The notes below the pieces were generated by a model that saw only the letters and a list, made by a program, of their open reading frames with translations, ran no database searches and was not told the DNA's origin. Both the position numbers and the translations under genes were made by a program. This document shows, in pieces, positions 1 to 12,529 of a DNA stretch of 64,000 nucleotides. Each line of letters starts with the position of its first letter. The stretch's first letter is position 1. The stretch lies in NCBI GenBank assembly GCA_030390025.1, contig JASTWF010000033.1, positions 994,001 through 1,058,000 on the forward strand, read 5' to 3'. The stretch comes from Squalus acanthias (Eukaryota).

Positions 1-125
1 AATGTGAATAGATTTTGTCTGGGTTTAAATTGTGAATTCTGGGAGATTCTCTCATTGCTAACTTACCTGACGAAGGAGCGACAGCTCCGAAAGCTTGTAA
101 AATTAAATAAATCTGTTGGACTGTA
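1..125 (+). mobile_element. Penelope-like element terminal fragment, copy 1 (cut by the window edge)
   Basis: 1-120 is identical to 521-640. Contains CTGACGAAGGAGCGACAGCTCCGAAAGCTT followed by AATAAA..CTGTTGGAC, resembling PLE terminal repeats. Confidence 0.65.
67..96 (+). ncRNA. Minimal type-I hammerhead ribozyme core motif
   Basis: CTGACGA, stem II (GGAGC-GACA-GCTCC), GAAA, then palindromic AAGCTT as stem III. Confidence 0.6.
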
Positions 126-412
126 ATTAGAGATAGAGGACAGGGTAATTTAGGGGAACACAGTAACTGTAATTAGAGATAGAAGAAGGGGTAATTTAGG
201 GTAACACAGTAACTGTGTAATTAGAGATAGAGGACAGGGTCATTTAGGGGAACACAGTAACTTTGTAATTAGAGATAGAGGACAGGGTAATGTAGGGGAA
301 CACAGTAACTCTAATTAGAGATAGAGGACAGGGTAATTTAGGGGAACACAGTAACTGTGTAATTAGAGCTAGAGGGCAGGGTAATTTAGGGGAACACGGT
401 AACTGTAATTAG

Positions 413-645
413 AACACAAGAACACAAATTGACAGGATATGCAGCCAGCAGGTGGTTTGACACGTTGGACCCCCTGGGACACATCTCATTGTCTTGGCTG
501 TGCTCTTTGTTGTAGCGAATAATGTGAATAGATTTTGTCTGGGTTTAAATTGTGAATTCTGGGAGATTCTCTCATTGCTAACTTACCTGACGAAGGAGCG
601 ACAGCTCCGAAAGCTTGTAAAATTAAATAAATCTGTTGGACTGTA
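413..645 (+). mobile_element. Penelope-like element terminal fragment, copy 2, embedded in the satellite
   Basis: ~230-bp non-satellite block. Its end (CTGTTGGACTGTAA) runs directly into the satellite phase CTGTAATTAGAG. Confidence 0.65.
587..616 (+). ncRNA. Minimal type-I hammerhead ribozyme core motif (second copy)
   Basis: Identical to 67-96, offset +520. Confidence 0.6.
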
Positions 646-3600
646 ATTAGAGATAGAGGACAGGGTAATTTAGGGGAACACTGTAACTGTGTAATTAGAG
701 AAAGAGGACAGGGTAATTTAGGGGAACACAGTAACTGTGTAATTAGAGATAGAGGACAGGGTAATTTAGGGGAACACAGTAACTGTAATTAGAGATATAG
801 GACAGGGAAATTTAAGGGAACACAGTAACTGTAATTAGACATAGATGACAAGGTCATTGAGGGGAGCACAGTAACGGTGTAATTAGAGATAGAGGACAGA
901 ATAATTTAGGGGAACACAGTAACTGTGTAATTAGAGATAGAGGTCAGGGTAATTTAGGGAAACACAATAACTGTGTAATTATAGATAGAGGACAGGGTCA
1001 TTTAGGGGAACACTGTAATTGTGTAATTAGAGATAGAGGGGAGGGTAATTTAGGGGAACAAAATAACTGTGTAATTGGAGATAGAGGACAAGGTAATTTA
1101 GAGGAACACAGTAACTGTGTCATTGGAGATAGAGGACAGGGCAATTTAGGGGAACACAGTAACTTTGTAATGAGAGATAGAGGACAGGATAATTTAGAGG
1201 AACACAGTAACTGTGTAATTAGAGATAGAGGGCTGGGTAATTTAGGGGAACACATTAACAGTAATTAGAGATAGAAGAAAAGATAATTTAGGGGAACACA
1301 GTAACTGTGTAGTTAGAGATAGAGGACAGGGTAATTTAGGGGAACACAGTAACTGTTTAGTTAGAGATAGAGGACAGGGTAATTTCGGGGAACACAGTAA
1401 CTTTGTAATTAGAGATAGAGGACAGGGTAATTTAGGGGAACAGAGTAACTGTAATTAGAGATACAGGACAGGGTAATTTAGGGGAATACAGTAACTGTAA
1501 TTAGAGATAGAGGACAGGCTAATTTAGGGGAACACAGTAACTGTAATTAGACATAGTGCACAGGGTAATTTAGGGGAACACAGTAACTGTGTAATTAGAG
1601 ATAGAGGACAGGGTAAATTAGGGGAAAACAGTAACTGTGTAATTAGAGATAGAGGACAGGGTAATTTAGGGGAACACAGTAACTGTAATTAGAGATAGAA
1701 GAAAGGATAATTTAGGAGAACACAGTAACTGTGTAATTAGAGATAGAGGACAGGGTAATTTAGGGGAACACAGTAACTTTGTAATTAGAGATAGAGGACA
1801 GGGTAATTTAGGGGAACACAGTAACTTTGTAATTAGAGATACAGGACAGGGTAATTTAGGGGAACACAGTAACTTTGTAATTAGAGATACAGGACAGGGT
1901 AATTTAGGGGAACACAGTAACTGTAATTAGAGATAGAGGACAGGGTAATTTAGGGGAACACAGTAACTGTAATTAGAAATAGAGGACAGGGTAATTTAGG
2001 GGAACACAGTAACTTTGTAATTAGAGATAGAGGACAGGGTAATTTAGGGGAACACATTAACTGTAACTAGAGATAGATGACAGGGTCATTGAGGGGAACA
2101 CAGTAACTGTGTAATTAGAGATAGAGGACAGGATAATTTAGGGGAATACAAGAACTGTAATTAGAGATGGACAGCAGGTTAATTTAGGGGAACACAGCAA
2201 TAGTGTAATTAGAGAAAGAGGAGAGGGTAATTTAGGGGAACACATTAACTTTGTAATTAGAGCTAGAGGACAGGGTAATTTAGGGTAACACGGTAACTGA
2301 AATTAGAGATGGAGGACAGGGTAATTTAGGGGAACACTGTAACTGTGTAATTAGAGATAGAGGACAGGGTAATTTAGGGGAACACAATAACTGTGTAATT
2401 AGAGATAGAGGACAGGGTAATTTAGGGGAACAGAGTAACTGTGTAATTAGAGATAGAGGACAGGGTAATTTAGGGGAACACAGTAACTGTGTAATTAGAG
2501 ATAGAGGACAGGGTAATTTAGGGGAACACAGTAACTGTAATTAGAGATATATGACAGGGAAATTTAAGGGAACACAGTAAATGTAATTGGAGATAGATGA
2601 CAAGGTCATTGAGGGGAGCACAGTAACTGTGTAATTAGAGATAGAGGACAGGGCAATTTAGTGGAACACAGTAACTTTGTAATCAGAGATAGAGGACAGG
2701 ATAATTTAGGGGAACACAGTAACTGTGTAATTAGAGATAGAGGACAGGGTAATTTAGGGGAACACAGTAACTTTGTAATTAGAGATAGAGGACAGGGTAA
2801 TTTAGGGGAACACAGTAACTGTAATTAGAGATGGAGGACAGGGTAATTTAGGGGAACACAGTAACTGTAATTAGAAATAGAGGACAGGGTAATTTAGGGG
2901 AACACAGTAACTTTGTAATTAGAGAGAGAGGACAGGGTAATTTAGGGGAACACAGTAACTTTGTAATTAGAGATAGAGGACAGGGTAATTTAGGGGAACA
3001 CATTAACTGTAATTAGAGATAGATGACAGGGTCATTGAGGGGAACACATTAACTGTGTAATTAGAGATAGAGGACAGGATAATTTCGGGGAATACAAGAA
3101 CTGTAATTAGAGATAGACAGCAGGGTAATTTAGGGACAAACAGTAACTGTGTAATTAGAGATAGATGACAGTGTAATTTAGGGGAACACAGTAACTGTGT
3201 AATTAGAGATAGAGGACCGGTTAATTTAGGGGAACACAGCAACTGTGTAATTAGAGAAAGAGGACAGGGTAATTTAGGGGAACACATTAACTTTGTAATT
3301 AGAACTAGAGGACAGGGTAATTTAGGGTAACACGGTAACTGTAATTAGAGATGGAGGACAGGGTAATTTAGGGGAACACTGTAACTGTGTAATTAGAGAT
3401 AGAGGGGAGGGTAATTTAGGGGAACACAATAATTGTGTAATTAGAGATAGAGGACAGTGTAATTTAGGGGAACACAGTAACTGTGTAATTATAGATAGAG
3501 GACAGGGTAATTTCGGGGAACACAGTATCTGTGTAATTAGAGATGGAGTACAGGGTAATTTAATGGAACACAGTAACTGTAATTAGAGATGGAGGACAGG

Positions 3601-4377
3601 GAAATTTAGGGGAACACAGTAACTGTAATTAGAGATAGAGGACAGGGTAATTTAGGGGAACACAGTAACTGTGTAATTAGTGATAGAGGACAGGTTAATT
3701 TAGGGGAACACAGTAACTGTGTAATTAGAGATAGAGGTCAGGGTAATTTAGGGAAACACAATAACTGTGTAATTATAGATAGAGGACAGGGTCATTTAGG
3801 GGAACACATTAACTGTGTAATTAGAGATAGAGGTCAGTGTAATTTAGGGAAACACAATAACTGTGTAATTAGAGATAGAGGACAGTGTAATTTAGGGGAA
3901 CACAGTAACTGTGTAATTAGAGATAGAGGACAGGGTAATTTAGGGGAACACAGTAACTGTGTAATTAGAGATAGAGATCAGGGTAATTTAGGGAAACACA
4001 GTAACTGTAATTAGAGATAGAGGACAGGGTAATTTAGGGGAACACATTAACTGTGTAATTTGAGATAGAGGTCAGGGTAATTTAGGGAAACACAATAACT
4101 GTGTAATTAGAGATAGAGGACAGGGTAATTTAGGGTACACAGTAACTGTATAATTAGAGATAGAGGGCAGGGGAAGTAAGGGGAACATGGTAACTTTTTA
4201 GTTAGAAATAGAGGACAGGAGAATTATTGGGAATGCTGTAACTCTTTAATTATAAATGGGGACCAGCGGGAAACATAAACCATTTATTTAGAAGTAGGGG
4301 ACAAGGAAATATATTAACCGTTAAATAACAAATAGAGGGCACAGGAATGCCAGGAGAACACAACAACTGTTCAATAA

Positions 4378-4515
4378 GAAAAGCAAAATAGAGCGGATGC
4401 TGGAAATCTTAAATAACAGCAGAAAATGCTGGAAACACTCAGCAGGTCAGGCCGCATCGAGGAGAGAGAAACCGAGTCAACGTTTTGGATCGTACCCTTC
4501 GTCAGAATTGGAAAA
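4378..4515 (-). mobile_element. Second Penelope-like terminal fragment with degenerate hammerhead
   Basis: Minus strand reads CTGACGAAGGG-TACGATCC-AAAACGTTGAC (GAAA box mutated to AAAA), followed by ..GATGCGGCCTGACCTGCTGAGTGTTTCCAGCATTTTCTG. Confidence 0.5.
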
Positions 4516-4986
4516 GTATAGGGAAGAGAGATTTTTAAGTAGTGGCTGTTGATTTAGAAACGAGGGCGAGAATCACAACCATATGGGATGGAATTTGACA
4601 CGGTAATGTAATAGTTTACTTTGCTTGCTATTTTACTTTATGATTTTGGATGATGTGGTTCATTACAAATCGACTTCTCACGATTGTAGCTGGGTGCAGA
4701 TGCATCGCATCTGAGTCTGATGGAGTGAAAACCTCTGCCTGAAGCCTGACTGGTGCCTTAAGTACTGTTGGTCGTCTGACTCCAGTTAAATGAGAATGTG
4801 CCTGTTACACAGAATTACTCCAAACTCATAATCACTGCCCCAGAAGCTGGACGGCAGCCGGATTGGCAAAGCCTGGGCTCCACGGAGTCTTGAAACCAAG
4901 TGGAGTTTGGCTTTTACAGACGCTCAGGTTCAAGTGGAAATTTGAAGAGTGACGGGTAAAGAGGGCAGTTAATCACAATTAATAAA

Positions 4987-6725
4987 TACATAGATACATA
5001 GATACATAGAAGATAGGAGCAGGAGTAGGCCATCCGGCCCTTCGAGCCTGCTCCGCCATTTAATGAGATCATGGCTGATCCTTCAATTCAGTATCCCGTC
5101 CCCGCCTTCTCTCCGTAACCCTTAACCCCTTTTGCCTGTAGAAATATATCTAATTCCCTCTTAAATATATTTAATGAGCTGGCGTACACTGCCCTCTGTG
5201 GCAATGAGTTCCACAGGTTCACCACTCTCTGAGTGAAGAAATTCCCCCTCATTTCTGTCCTAAATGGTTTAGCCCTTATCCTTAAATTATGTCCTCTAGT
5301 TCTGTTCTCACCCGCCAAGGGAAACATTCCTTCTGCATCTAATCTGTCTAGACCTGTCAGAATTTTATACACTTCTATGAGGTCCCCTCTCAATCTTCTA
5401 AACTCCAGTGTGTACATCCCTAAACTACATAGTCTCTCCTCATAGGTCAATCCCGCCATTCCTGGTATCAGCCTGGTGAATCGCCGCTGCACCCCCTCCA
5501 TGGCAAGAACATCTTTCCTCAGATGAGGCGACCAAAACTGTACACAGTACTCGAGGTGTGGTCTCACCAGTGCCCTGTACAGCTGCAGCAAGGTATCCCT
5601 GTTCCTGTATTCCAACCCTTTTGCTATGAAGGCCAGCATACCGTTTGCCTTCTTGACCGCCTGTTGCACCTGCATGCTCGCCTTCAGTGACTGGTGTACA
5701 AGAACACCCAGGTCTCTCTGTACTTCCCCCTCTCCCAATTTATTGCCATTTAAATAATAATTTGCCCTCCCGTTCCTGCACCCAAGGTGGATAACTTCGC
5801 ACTTGTCCACATTATAGTGCATCTGCCATTTATCCGCCCAATCACCCAGTCTGTCCAAATCGCTCTGGAGCTTCCTGGTCTCCTCCTCTGAGCCCACCCC
5901 CCCTCCTAGTTTAGTGTCGTCTGCAAATTTGGAAATGCTGCATTCGACTCCCTGATCCAGGTCATTAATATAAATTGTGAACAGCTGGGGACCCAGGACA
6001 GATCCCTGTGGTACCCCACTTGTTACTGCCTGCCATTCAGAAAATGAGCCGTTTATTCCAACTCTCTGTTTTCTATCTGACAGCCAGTTCTCTATCCACG
6101 TCAATACTTTCCCCTTTATCCCATGAGCTTCAATTTTCCATGCTAATCTTTTATGTGGGACCTTATCGAAGGCCTTTTGGAAGTCCAGGTACACCACATC
6201 TACTGGCTCTCCCCCATCTATTTTACCAGTTACTCCCTCAAAAAATTCCAATAGATTAGTCAAGCACGATTTACCCTTTGTAAATCCATGTTGACTCTGT
6301 CCTATCCTGTCCCCATTTGCTAAGTGCTCGGCTATTTCATCCTTAATGATGGACTCCAGCATTTTGCCCACAACTGATGTAAGGCTTACAGGTCTGTAAT
6401 TACCTGCTTTTTCCCTACCCCCCTTTTTGAATAGTGGGGTAACGTTAGCTACCCTCCAATCCATGGGCACTGTTCCCGAGTCTAATGAATTCTGAAAAAT
6501 CATGCTTAGTGCATCCGCTATCTCTAGGGCCACCTCCTTCAGTACCCTAGGATGCATGTTATCAGGCCCTGGGGATTTGTCCGCCTTCAATCCCTTTAGC
6601 TTCCTTAACACCATATCCTTAGAGATATTGATTTGCGTCAGTTCCTCCTTTGCCAATGTCCCTATTTTTCCCGATATCCCAGGGAGGTTTTTTGTGTCTT
6701 CCTTCGTAAAGACTGTCCCAAAGCT
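4987..6725 (-). mobile_element. Young 5'-truncated CR1-clade LINE
   Basis: Short tandem 3' tail (ACATAGAT)n at ~4987-5010, a CR1-type 3'UTR, and an uninterrupted RT frame. Confidence 0.95.
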
Positions 6726-6728
6726 CAT
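5088..6728 (-). CDS. CR1 ORF2 fragment: reverse transcriptase and C-terminal domain (no endonuclease, no native start)
   Basis: 546-aa ORF with [42 protein letters not shown] and YRALVRPHLEYC. Confidence 0.9.
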   Translation of the reverse strand: MSFGTVFTKEDTKNLPGISGKIGTLAKEELTQINISKDMVLRKLKGLKADKSPGPDNMHPRVLKEVALEIADALSMIFQNSLDSGTVPMDWRVANVTPLFKKGGREKAGNYRPVSLTSVVGKMLESIIKDEIAEHLANGDRIGQSQHGFTKGKSCLTNLLEFFEGVTGKIDGGEPVDVVYLDFQKAFDKVPHKRLAWKIEAHGIKGKVLTWIENWLSDRKQRVGINGSFSEWQAVTSGVPQGSVLGPQLFTIYINDLDQGVECSISKFADDTKLGGGVGSEEETRKLQSDLDRLGDWADKWQMHYNVDKCEVIHLGCRNGRANYYLNGNKLGEGEVQRDLGVLVHQSLKASMQVQQAVKKANGMLAFIAKGLEYRNRDTLLQLYRALVRPHLEYCVQFWSPHLRKDVLAMEGVQRRFTRLIPGMAGLTYEERLCSLGMYTLEFRRLRGDLIEVYKILTGLDRLDAEGMFPLAGENRTRGHNLRIRAKPFRTEMRGNFFTQRVVNLWNSLPQRAVYASSLNIFKRELDIFLQAKGVKGYGEKAGTGY

Positions 6729-7221
6729 TCACAAAGTACCGAAGCTATTGTTGGCGAAAGGTTTTCAATCAGGTTCTTGAACATTGAAGTAAGGTGGCAT
6801 AGGTATTTTAAGCACACAGTATATGCAATAGTAATTAAACATACAATTAAAGGTACTAACTACAATCACATCTGCTGATTTTTGGTTGGGGATTCAAACG
6901 TGTTGTAGTTCTGAACTCAGTATCTTGGACCATTGCGAATGCTCATTCCAAACTGTCACATTGCCACTGCCTCTTCGTATCAATCCTAACAATTTTGCAT
7001 TATCTATTCATATAGAAGTGAAAATACAACTCCATAAAAGGAAAATTTAATGGACTCATCTTTTTATCATAAATGATAGTTTCCTTTACTTAAAGAGGAC
7101 ATTTTCCTTTGGGCTGACCCGTATAATTACCTTAGTTCGTTATATTACCAATAATTGCACTATTGTTCCTTTTTGCAATTCAACCAAGTGAATACTTTAA
7201 TTATAAATCTGCCTTTATTTC

Positions 7222-7573
7222 TGCACCATTTGTATCAATTAACTCGCCCAGGCTCCTTCGGCAGCAGCTTCCAAATCCGCGAGCTTTTCCACCTAGAAGG
7301 ACAAGCCCAGCATGCGCAGGGGAACACCACCACCTCCTAGTTCCCCTCCAAATCACATACCATCCTGACTTGAAAGTATATCGCCGTTCCTTCATCATCG
7401 CTGGCTCAAAATCCTGGAACTCCCTCCCTAACAGCACTGTAGGAGTAGCTTCACCACAGGGACTGCAGCGGTTCAAGAGGGCAGCTCACCAGCACCTTCT
7501 CAAGGGCAATTAGGGACGGGCAAAAAATGCTGGCCTTGCCAGCGCCGCCCACATCCCACGAACGTATAAAAAA
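7222..7573 (+). mobile_element. 3' end of a CR1/L2-group LINE (second family)
   Basis: Translates as ..SFIIAGSKSWNSLP..LQRFKRAAHQHL*, then a short 3'UTR and A-tail. Same family as 12530-14833 and 23380-23730. Confidence 0.8.
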
Positions 7574-9322
7574 ATGATGATGTCAGTCGAGATGGTTTAT
7601 TTTACATAATTAACAGATTTCCAACACTGTTATCAAATGATTGAAGATCTCTGAAATGTATGAATCAGTTTACAATGACATGTCTTCAATTACATTTCTT
7701 CTTACTGCAACCTGAATCTGACCATTGCTGCAGGGTGAGCCCTCGCTCATCAGCTCAGTGCTTCTATAAATTAACTGCTTAACAGGCAAAGGCTAAAGGT
7801 TAACATTTCTACAATATTAAGATAATCCAATAGAGTAAAACATTATCAAACTTCAGGAGCGTCTGATTCTCCCTTCCCGGACAGTGTCCTCTGTCTTAGC
7901 ATTAGAGTATTTAATGTCAGCATTAAACTATATCTCATCAGCAACTTATATCTATCGCGGTCTATTCTTTTGTGCAGATCTCTACCCACTGGTTTCACAC
8001 ATTAAACTCTCCAGAGCCACATTAACCTTTTCAATTACCGTTGTTTTGAACTTCATTGACCGTGTCTTGGACCTGTTCGCCATGCAATCTTCATCATGCA
8101 TATTGCAGGCTAGTTGCTTCTTGCACAACACGTCACTTCTGCACACACAGCGATAATCCAAGATCATGCAGCGCAATACATCCGACACAAAACATTTCTG
8201 CCCTTTCTGTCAATCTATCGAAGGATCGGCGGGTGGGGCGGGGGTGCGGATTCTGTAGATGTTAGATTTCAAGCTATCAATTACATACTTCTCGTTATTC
8301 AGTTTAAGCAAGAACACAAGCATCTCCAACGGAAAGCTATCAATTAACCATCTTAACTAACATTTCTTGACGTTCACGAGATTGTGCATTGATTCCAGAC
8401 ATTTTTTTACGAGTCGTGCCAAGGTGACTAAAGTTAAGAAGGGACATGACAGCATAGATAGAAGAAGACAGCTTCCATTAGTTGAGGATCAAGAACTAAT
8501 TGCAACAGATAAATCAATAAATGGAAGAGATTTAGAACTGAGAGTAGGATAACCCTCTTTACATGGAGAGTTGTGAGGCTGTGGAATTCACAGAGGGAGA
8601 AATGATGTCCATTTCAAGTTTCAATTGGATATATCAATGAATAAAAATAGGTTGATGGGATGTTGAGATAAGGCGGGTAAAGTGAATGGAACTATTTTCT
8701 CGGCTGCAGTGTAAACGCGGACACGGACTGGTTGGGTAAAATGATCGGTTCCCCTGTTACAAATTCTACAAAAATTTGATGACCAGTATGGGATTTAAGT
8801 AAATATCTGCGAACAAAGATGTCTAATATCACATTTACGAGTCAAGTTCCTACTGTCTCCATCATCAGACACTGATCAGGAGACAGGGCCCCGTTCTTTT
8901 GGTCCAGGAGGCAATGCGGGGCGGAGTCTGATGGGGAGACCAGCGCCTGCAACATTCACACCCAGATTACAGAATTACAGATAACCACCATTGTAAAACG
9001 TTGTTTCTACACTATAGAAGACTTTATCTGCTAATTAAACTGGGGCATCTCATTCCAGTGCCTGCGGTGTGAGGCAGTTAACGCTGATGCCCACGTGTTC
9101 TACTCCGCTGCTGAAGCTCAATCATGACTGTTCTCTTTGAATCTTGAGCGGGAAATGCGCTGTTTTGCGGATTTCGATTCTGTTCACCCGAGGAAAGCAG
9201 CAGACATCAAACACACGGCACAAAGTGGGAGATATATTTTCTGATACTTTTTTATTTTCACAACAGCAAACCATAGTAATCGAACTCTAGTTTGGACAAG
9301 AATCTTTGTATTATTTTTTCAA

Positions 9323-11034
9323 TTATTTGCAAATAAATGTCCAAGGAATTTTCATCACGTGCTTCAGCTCTTCCCTGAATTTAGTTTGAGTAGCTGCATA
9401 AATACATGTGTTTGTACAGGAACTCAAATACACGAGCATATATCCGGTTTCTGTGGCAATATAGGCAGGGGCTGCATAATCGCCTCGGTAATGCACGGTG
9501 CTTGTCATTCTGGTAGTTTAATTACTAACGATAGTTGTCAGCCACAGCAGTATAAAACTGCCCGATACACTGAACAGTAAAATGATGGATTTCCTTCGGT
9601 TCTCCATCTCTGGTTCGCTCTGATTCTCACTGCTGTGACTCCGAAGTCCCCTGCGGGCTATGTTGGCCACTAAAATACGTCTGGCTGTTAAACAATTAAA
9701 CAGTAATATCAAAGCAAACATAAGCCAAGAAAAACAAATGCGACGTAACCAGGAAAACGCCACTCCTACAGGCGATGAAGAAAACTCCACTCTGGAGCGG
9801 CAACGCCAGGGAACATTGTTAATTTTTCGCTCAGGTTCAAATGCAAACCAAAACACGAGGCTCTGTAAACAGATCAGGACAGAGACCGTTGTTATAACCG
9901 CGGCCGCAGTTCTCACTGTGCAATACTTTGTTTTAAACCTTTTACAACATATAGCTACAAATCGGTCAAATGTGAACGAGACTGTAAACCACACCGACAA
10001 ATACAGGGCGACACATTTCAGGTATATAATGATCTTACAAACGACAGTGTAGGACAGGAAGGAATGTGGAAAGTGATAACGTAAAATGTGGTTCACTAAT
10101 ATATTGAGGATCATGAGCAGTAGATCTGCTGTTGCCATGGCCACCATGTACACAGAGATACAATTGGAAAGGCCGCAGTTTCCTCTGGAGAGAATCACGA
10201 TTGTCAGTAGGTTCGCTGTGAGAAGGAGGGAGAAGAGTTCAATAATGGGGTCATTGAGATAAATCTCACAGATTATTGTGGGGAAATGATCAGATGTGTT
10301 CCTATTCAGCGTTATGCGGACGGGTTTTTTCATTAATTCAGGCGATGGTGAAGACACTTTATTTAAAGGAATGAAATCACTGAACATTCAATATCGAGGG
10401 ACTGAAAATCCGCCTTCCGTCCAGGAAACTTCAATCAAGTATTAAATATAATTCCACAGCAATTAAAGGAAAGATTAATTCAAATAAAACATTCAACTCC
10501 GACAAAAAAAACTTTCAAATTATACTCAAACGCTGCCGAGAGGAGGGGAGCACCTTCCTGAGTGGAAATTATTTCGTAAAATACCTTTCAAACTCCACTG
10601 TTTGGTGGAGATTTCTGCAGTCCAAGTCATTATCTACTTAATGTAGAAAGGGAAGAACGGCACAAATGATGTGATTGCTATGGGCACTGAGCAGCACATT
10701 CTTTAGTGAGCTATGTGTTGTTGGAGGGTCCGGGGAATCAGCCTCGCCCTCCCTCAGTATGGGGAGGAACATTGAGCGCCCGGTGCCCGCGATCTAGCGA
10801 CCAGAACAGCGCCTCAGCGGTCGCGCGGACGACTAGGATTGCCGCTAATATTCACCGACAGATCCCGGTGAATAAATGACTCTGCAATGTGGACATTCTC
10901 GGAATCTCTTACATTAACACTGAGATAGTCAACAGGTATTAGGCAACAGGATACATTGACTTACCGGGAATGACAAATGCTGCGAGGATATGATAGTAAA
11001 TGTCCCGTATCTGTAGAATTATTGGCCGTACCAT
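9323..11034 (-). pseudogene. GPR139/GPR142-like class A GPCR, paralog 1: exon 1 11034-10965, exon 2 10215-9323, in-frame stop at 9518-9520
   Basis: Exon 1 MVRPIILQIRDIYYHILAAFVIP with GTAAG donor, CACAG acceptor, then ANLLTIVIL..YMVAMATADLL..FTFDRFVAIC..NRRKSIILL..IVSN*TTRMTS..TNTCIYAA. Confidence 0.85.
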
Positions 11035-11467
11035 TGTTCTGAAGATTTGTGTGAATTCTGCGCTGCTTTACGATTCCGAGTAGAGTGTTTCTGAGATCCG
11101 TAAATGCTCCCCCTTTATCGGACAATCGGTGGCCCGGTGAGATAATCAGGTTGCACAATAATTGACGTTAGTTACAATCACTTAACAAACAAGGGGCGAA
11201 TGTCAACTTCAGATCGCCCGGGGCGCCAATGGGGAAATTGAACATCTTAGTCCATGAAACACCGTCCTTTACAATCAATGAACGGAAAGTAATCGCAGAG
11301 GAAATGGACTCTGCGCGTGTCCAGTAAACCTTGAAGGATAAAGCAAACATCCCCCCGGAAACTGCGTTGATTTATTGGAGCCTCATCTTAATTTGGTGAA
11401 ATCGTCACTCATCCATTGCATAATTAAAATTTGTTTTTTACTGTGATGATGAATAATTTGAATCGGC

Positions 11468-12525
11468 TCTAACATTACTGGTGGTGACGCTACTCTAACA
11501 TTACTGGTGGTGACCCTACTCTAACATTAATGGTGGTGACTCTACTCTAACATTACTGGTGGTGACCCTACTCTAACATTACTGGTGGTGACTCTACTCT
11601 AACATTACTGGTGGTGACCCTACTCTAACATTACTGGTGGTGACCCTACTCTAACATTACTGGTGGTGACTCTACTCTAACATTACTGGTGGTGACCCTA
11701 CTCTAACATTACTGGCGGTGACCCTACTCTAACATTACTGGTGGTGACTCTACTCAAACATTACTGGTGGTGACGCTACTCCAACTATACTGCTGGTGAT
11801 TCTGCTCTAGCATTACTGGTGCTGACCCTACTCTAACATTATTGGTGGTGACACTACTCTAACATTATTGGTGGTGACCCTACACTAACATTACTGGTGG
11901 CGACTCTACTCTAACTACACTGGTGGTGACGCTACTCTAACATTACTGTTGGTGACCCTTCTCTAACATTATTGATGGTGACCCTACACTATCATTACTG
12001 GTGGTGATTCTACTCTACCATTACTGGTGGTGACTCTACTCTAACATTACTGATGGTGGCTCCACGCTAACTTTACTGGTGGTGATTCTACTCTAACCTT
12101 ATTGGTGTTCACTCTACTCTTACATTACTGGTGGTGAACCTGCTCTAACATTACTGGTGTTGCCCCTATTCTAACAAACTGGTGATGACCCTACTCTAAC
12201 ATTACTGCTCGTGCCTGGACACTAACATGACTGGGGGTGACACTACTCAAACATTACTGGTGGTGAGCCTACTTTTACATGACTGGGGGTGACCCTACTC
12301 TAACATTAATGGCTTTGGTCCTACTGTTACATTACTTCTGGTGACTCTACGACCATATTACTGGTGCTCACATAGCTCTAATATTACTGTAGGTGACCCT
12401 AATCTAACATTATTCGTGGTGATCCGTCTCTAATATTGCTGGTAGTGACTGTTCCCAAAAGTTACTGCTGGTAACAATACTCTAAGTTAATGGGTGGTAA
12501 CTTCTCTCCAACATTACTGCTGTTG
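11468..12525. repeat. 26-bp minisatellite (CTCTAACATTACTGGTGGTGACCCTA)
   Basis: Near-perfect units at 11470-11760, decaying rightward. Confidence 0.95.
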
Positions 12526-12529
12526 ACAT

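Larger units (their letters stand above)
121..4260. repeat. Tandem satellite, 46/48-bp unit (GTAATTAGAGATAGAGGACAGGGTAATTTAGGGGAACACAGTAACT[GT])
   Basis: Unit repeats continuously and decays toward ~4140-4260. ORFs 998..1255 and 3003..3287 are translations of this repeat. Confidence 0.97.

Noticed and set aside
998..3287. Repetitive ORFs in the 48-bp satellite, and a superficial CRISPR-like look
   Set aside because: Head-to-tail repeats with no unique spacers, in a eukaryotic context.
7884..8347. Cluster of short ORFs
   Set aside because: No motifs I can identify; likely noncoding or a decayed repeat.
10216..10387. N-termini of ORFs 9518..10387 and 32283..33125
   Set aside because: Intronic; the real first exons are 11034-10965 and 33472-33403.
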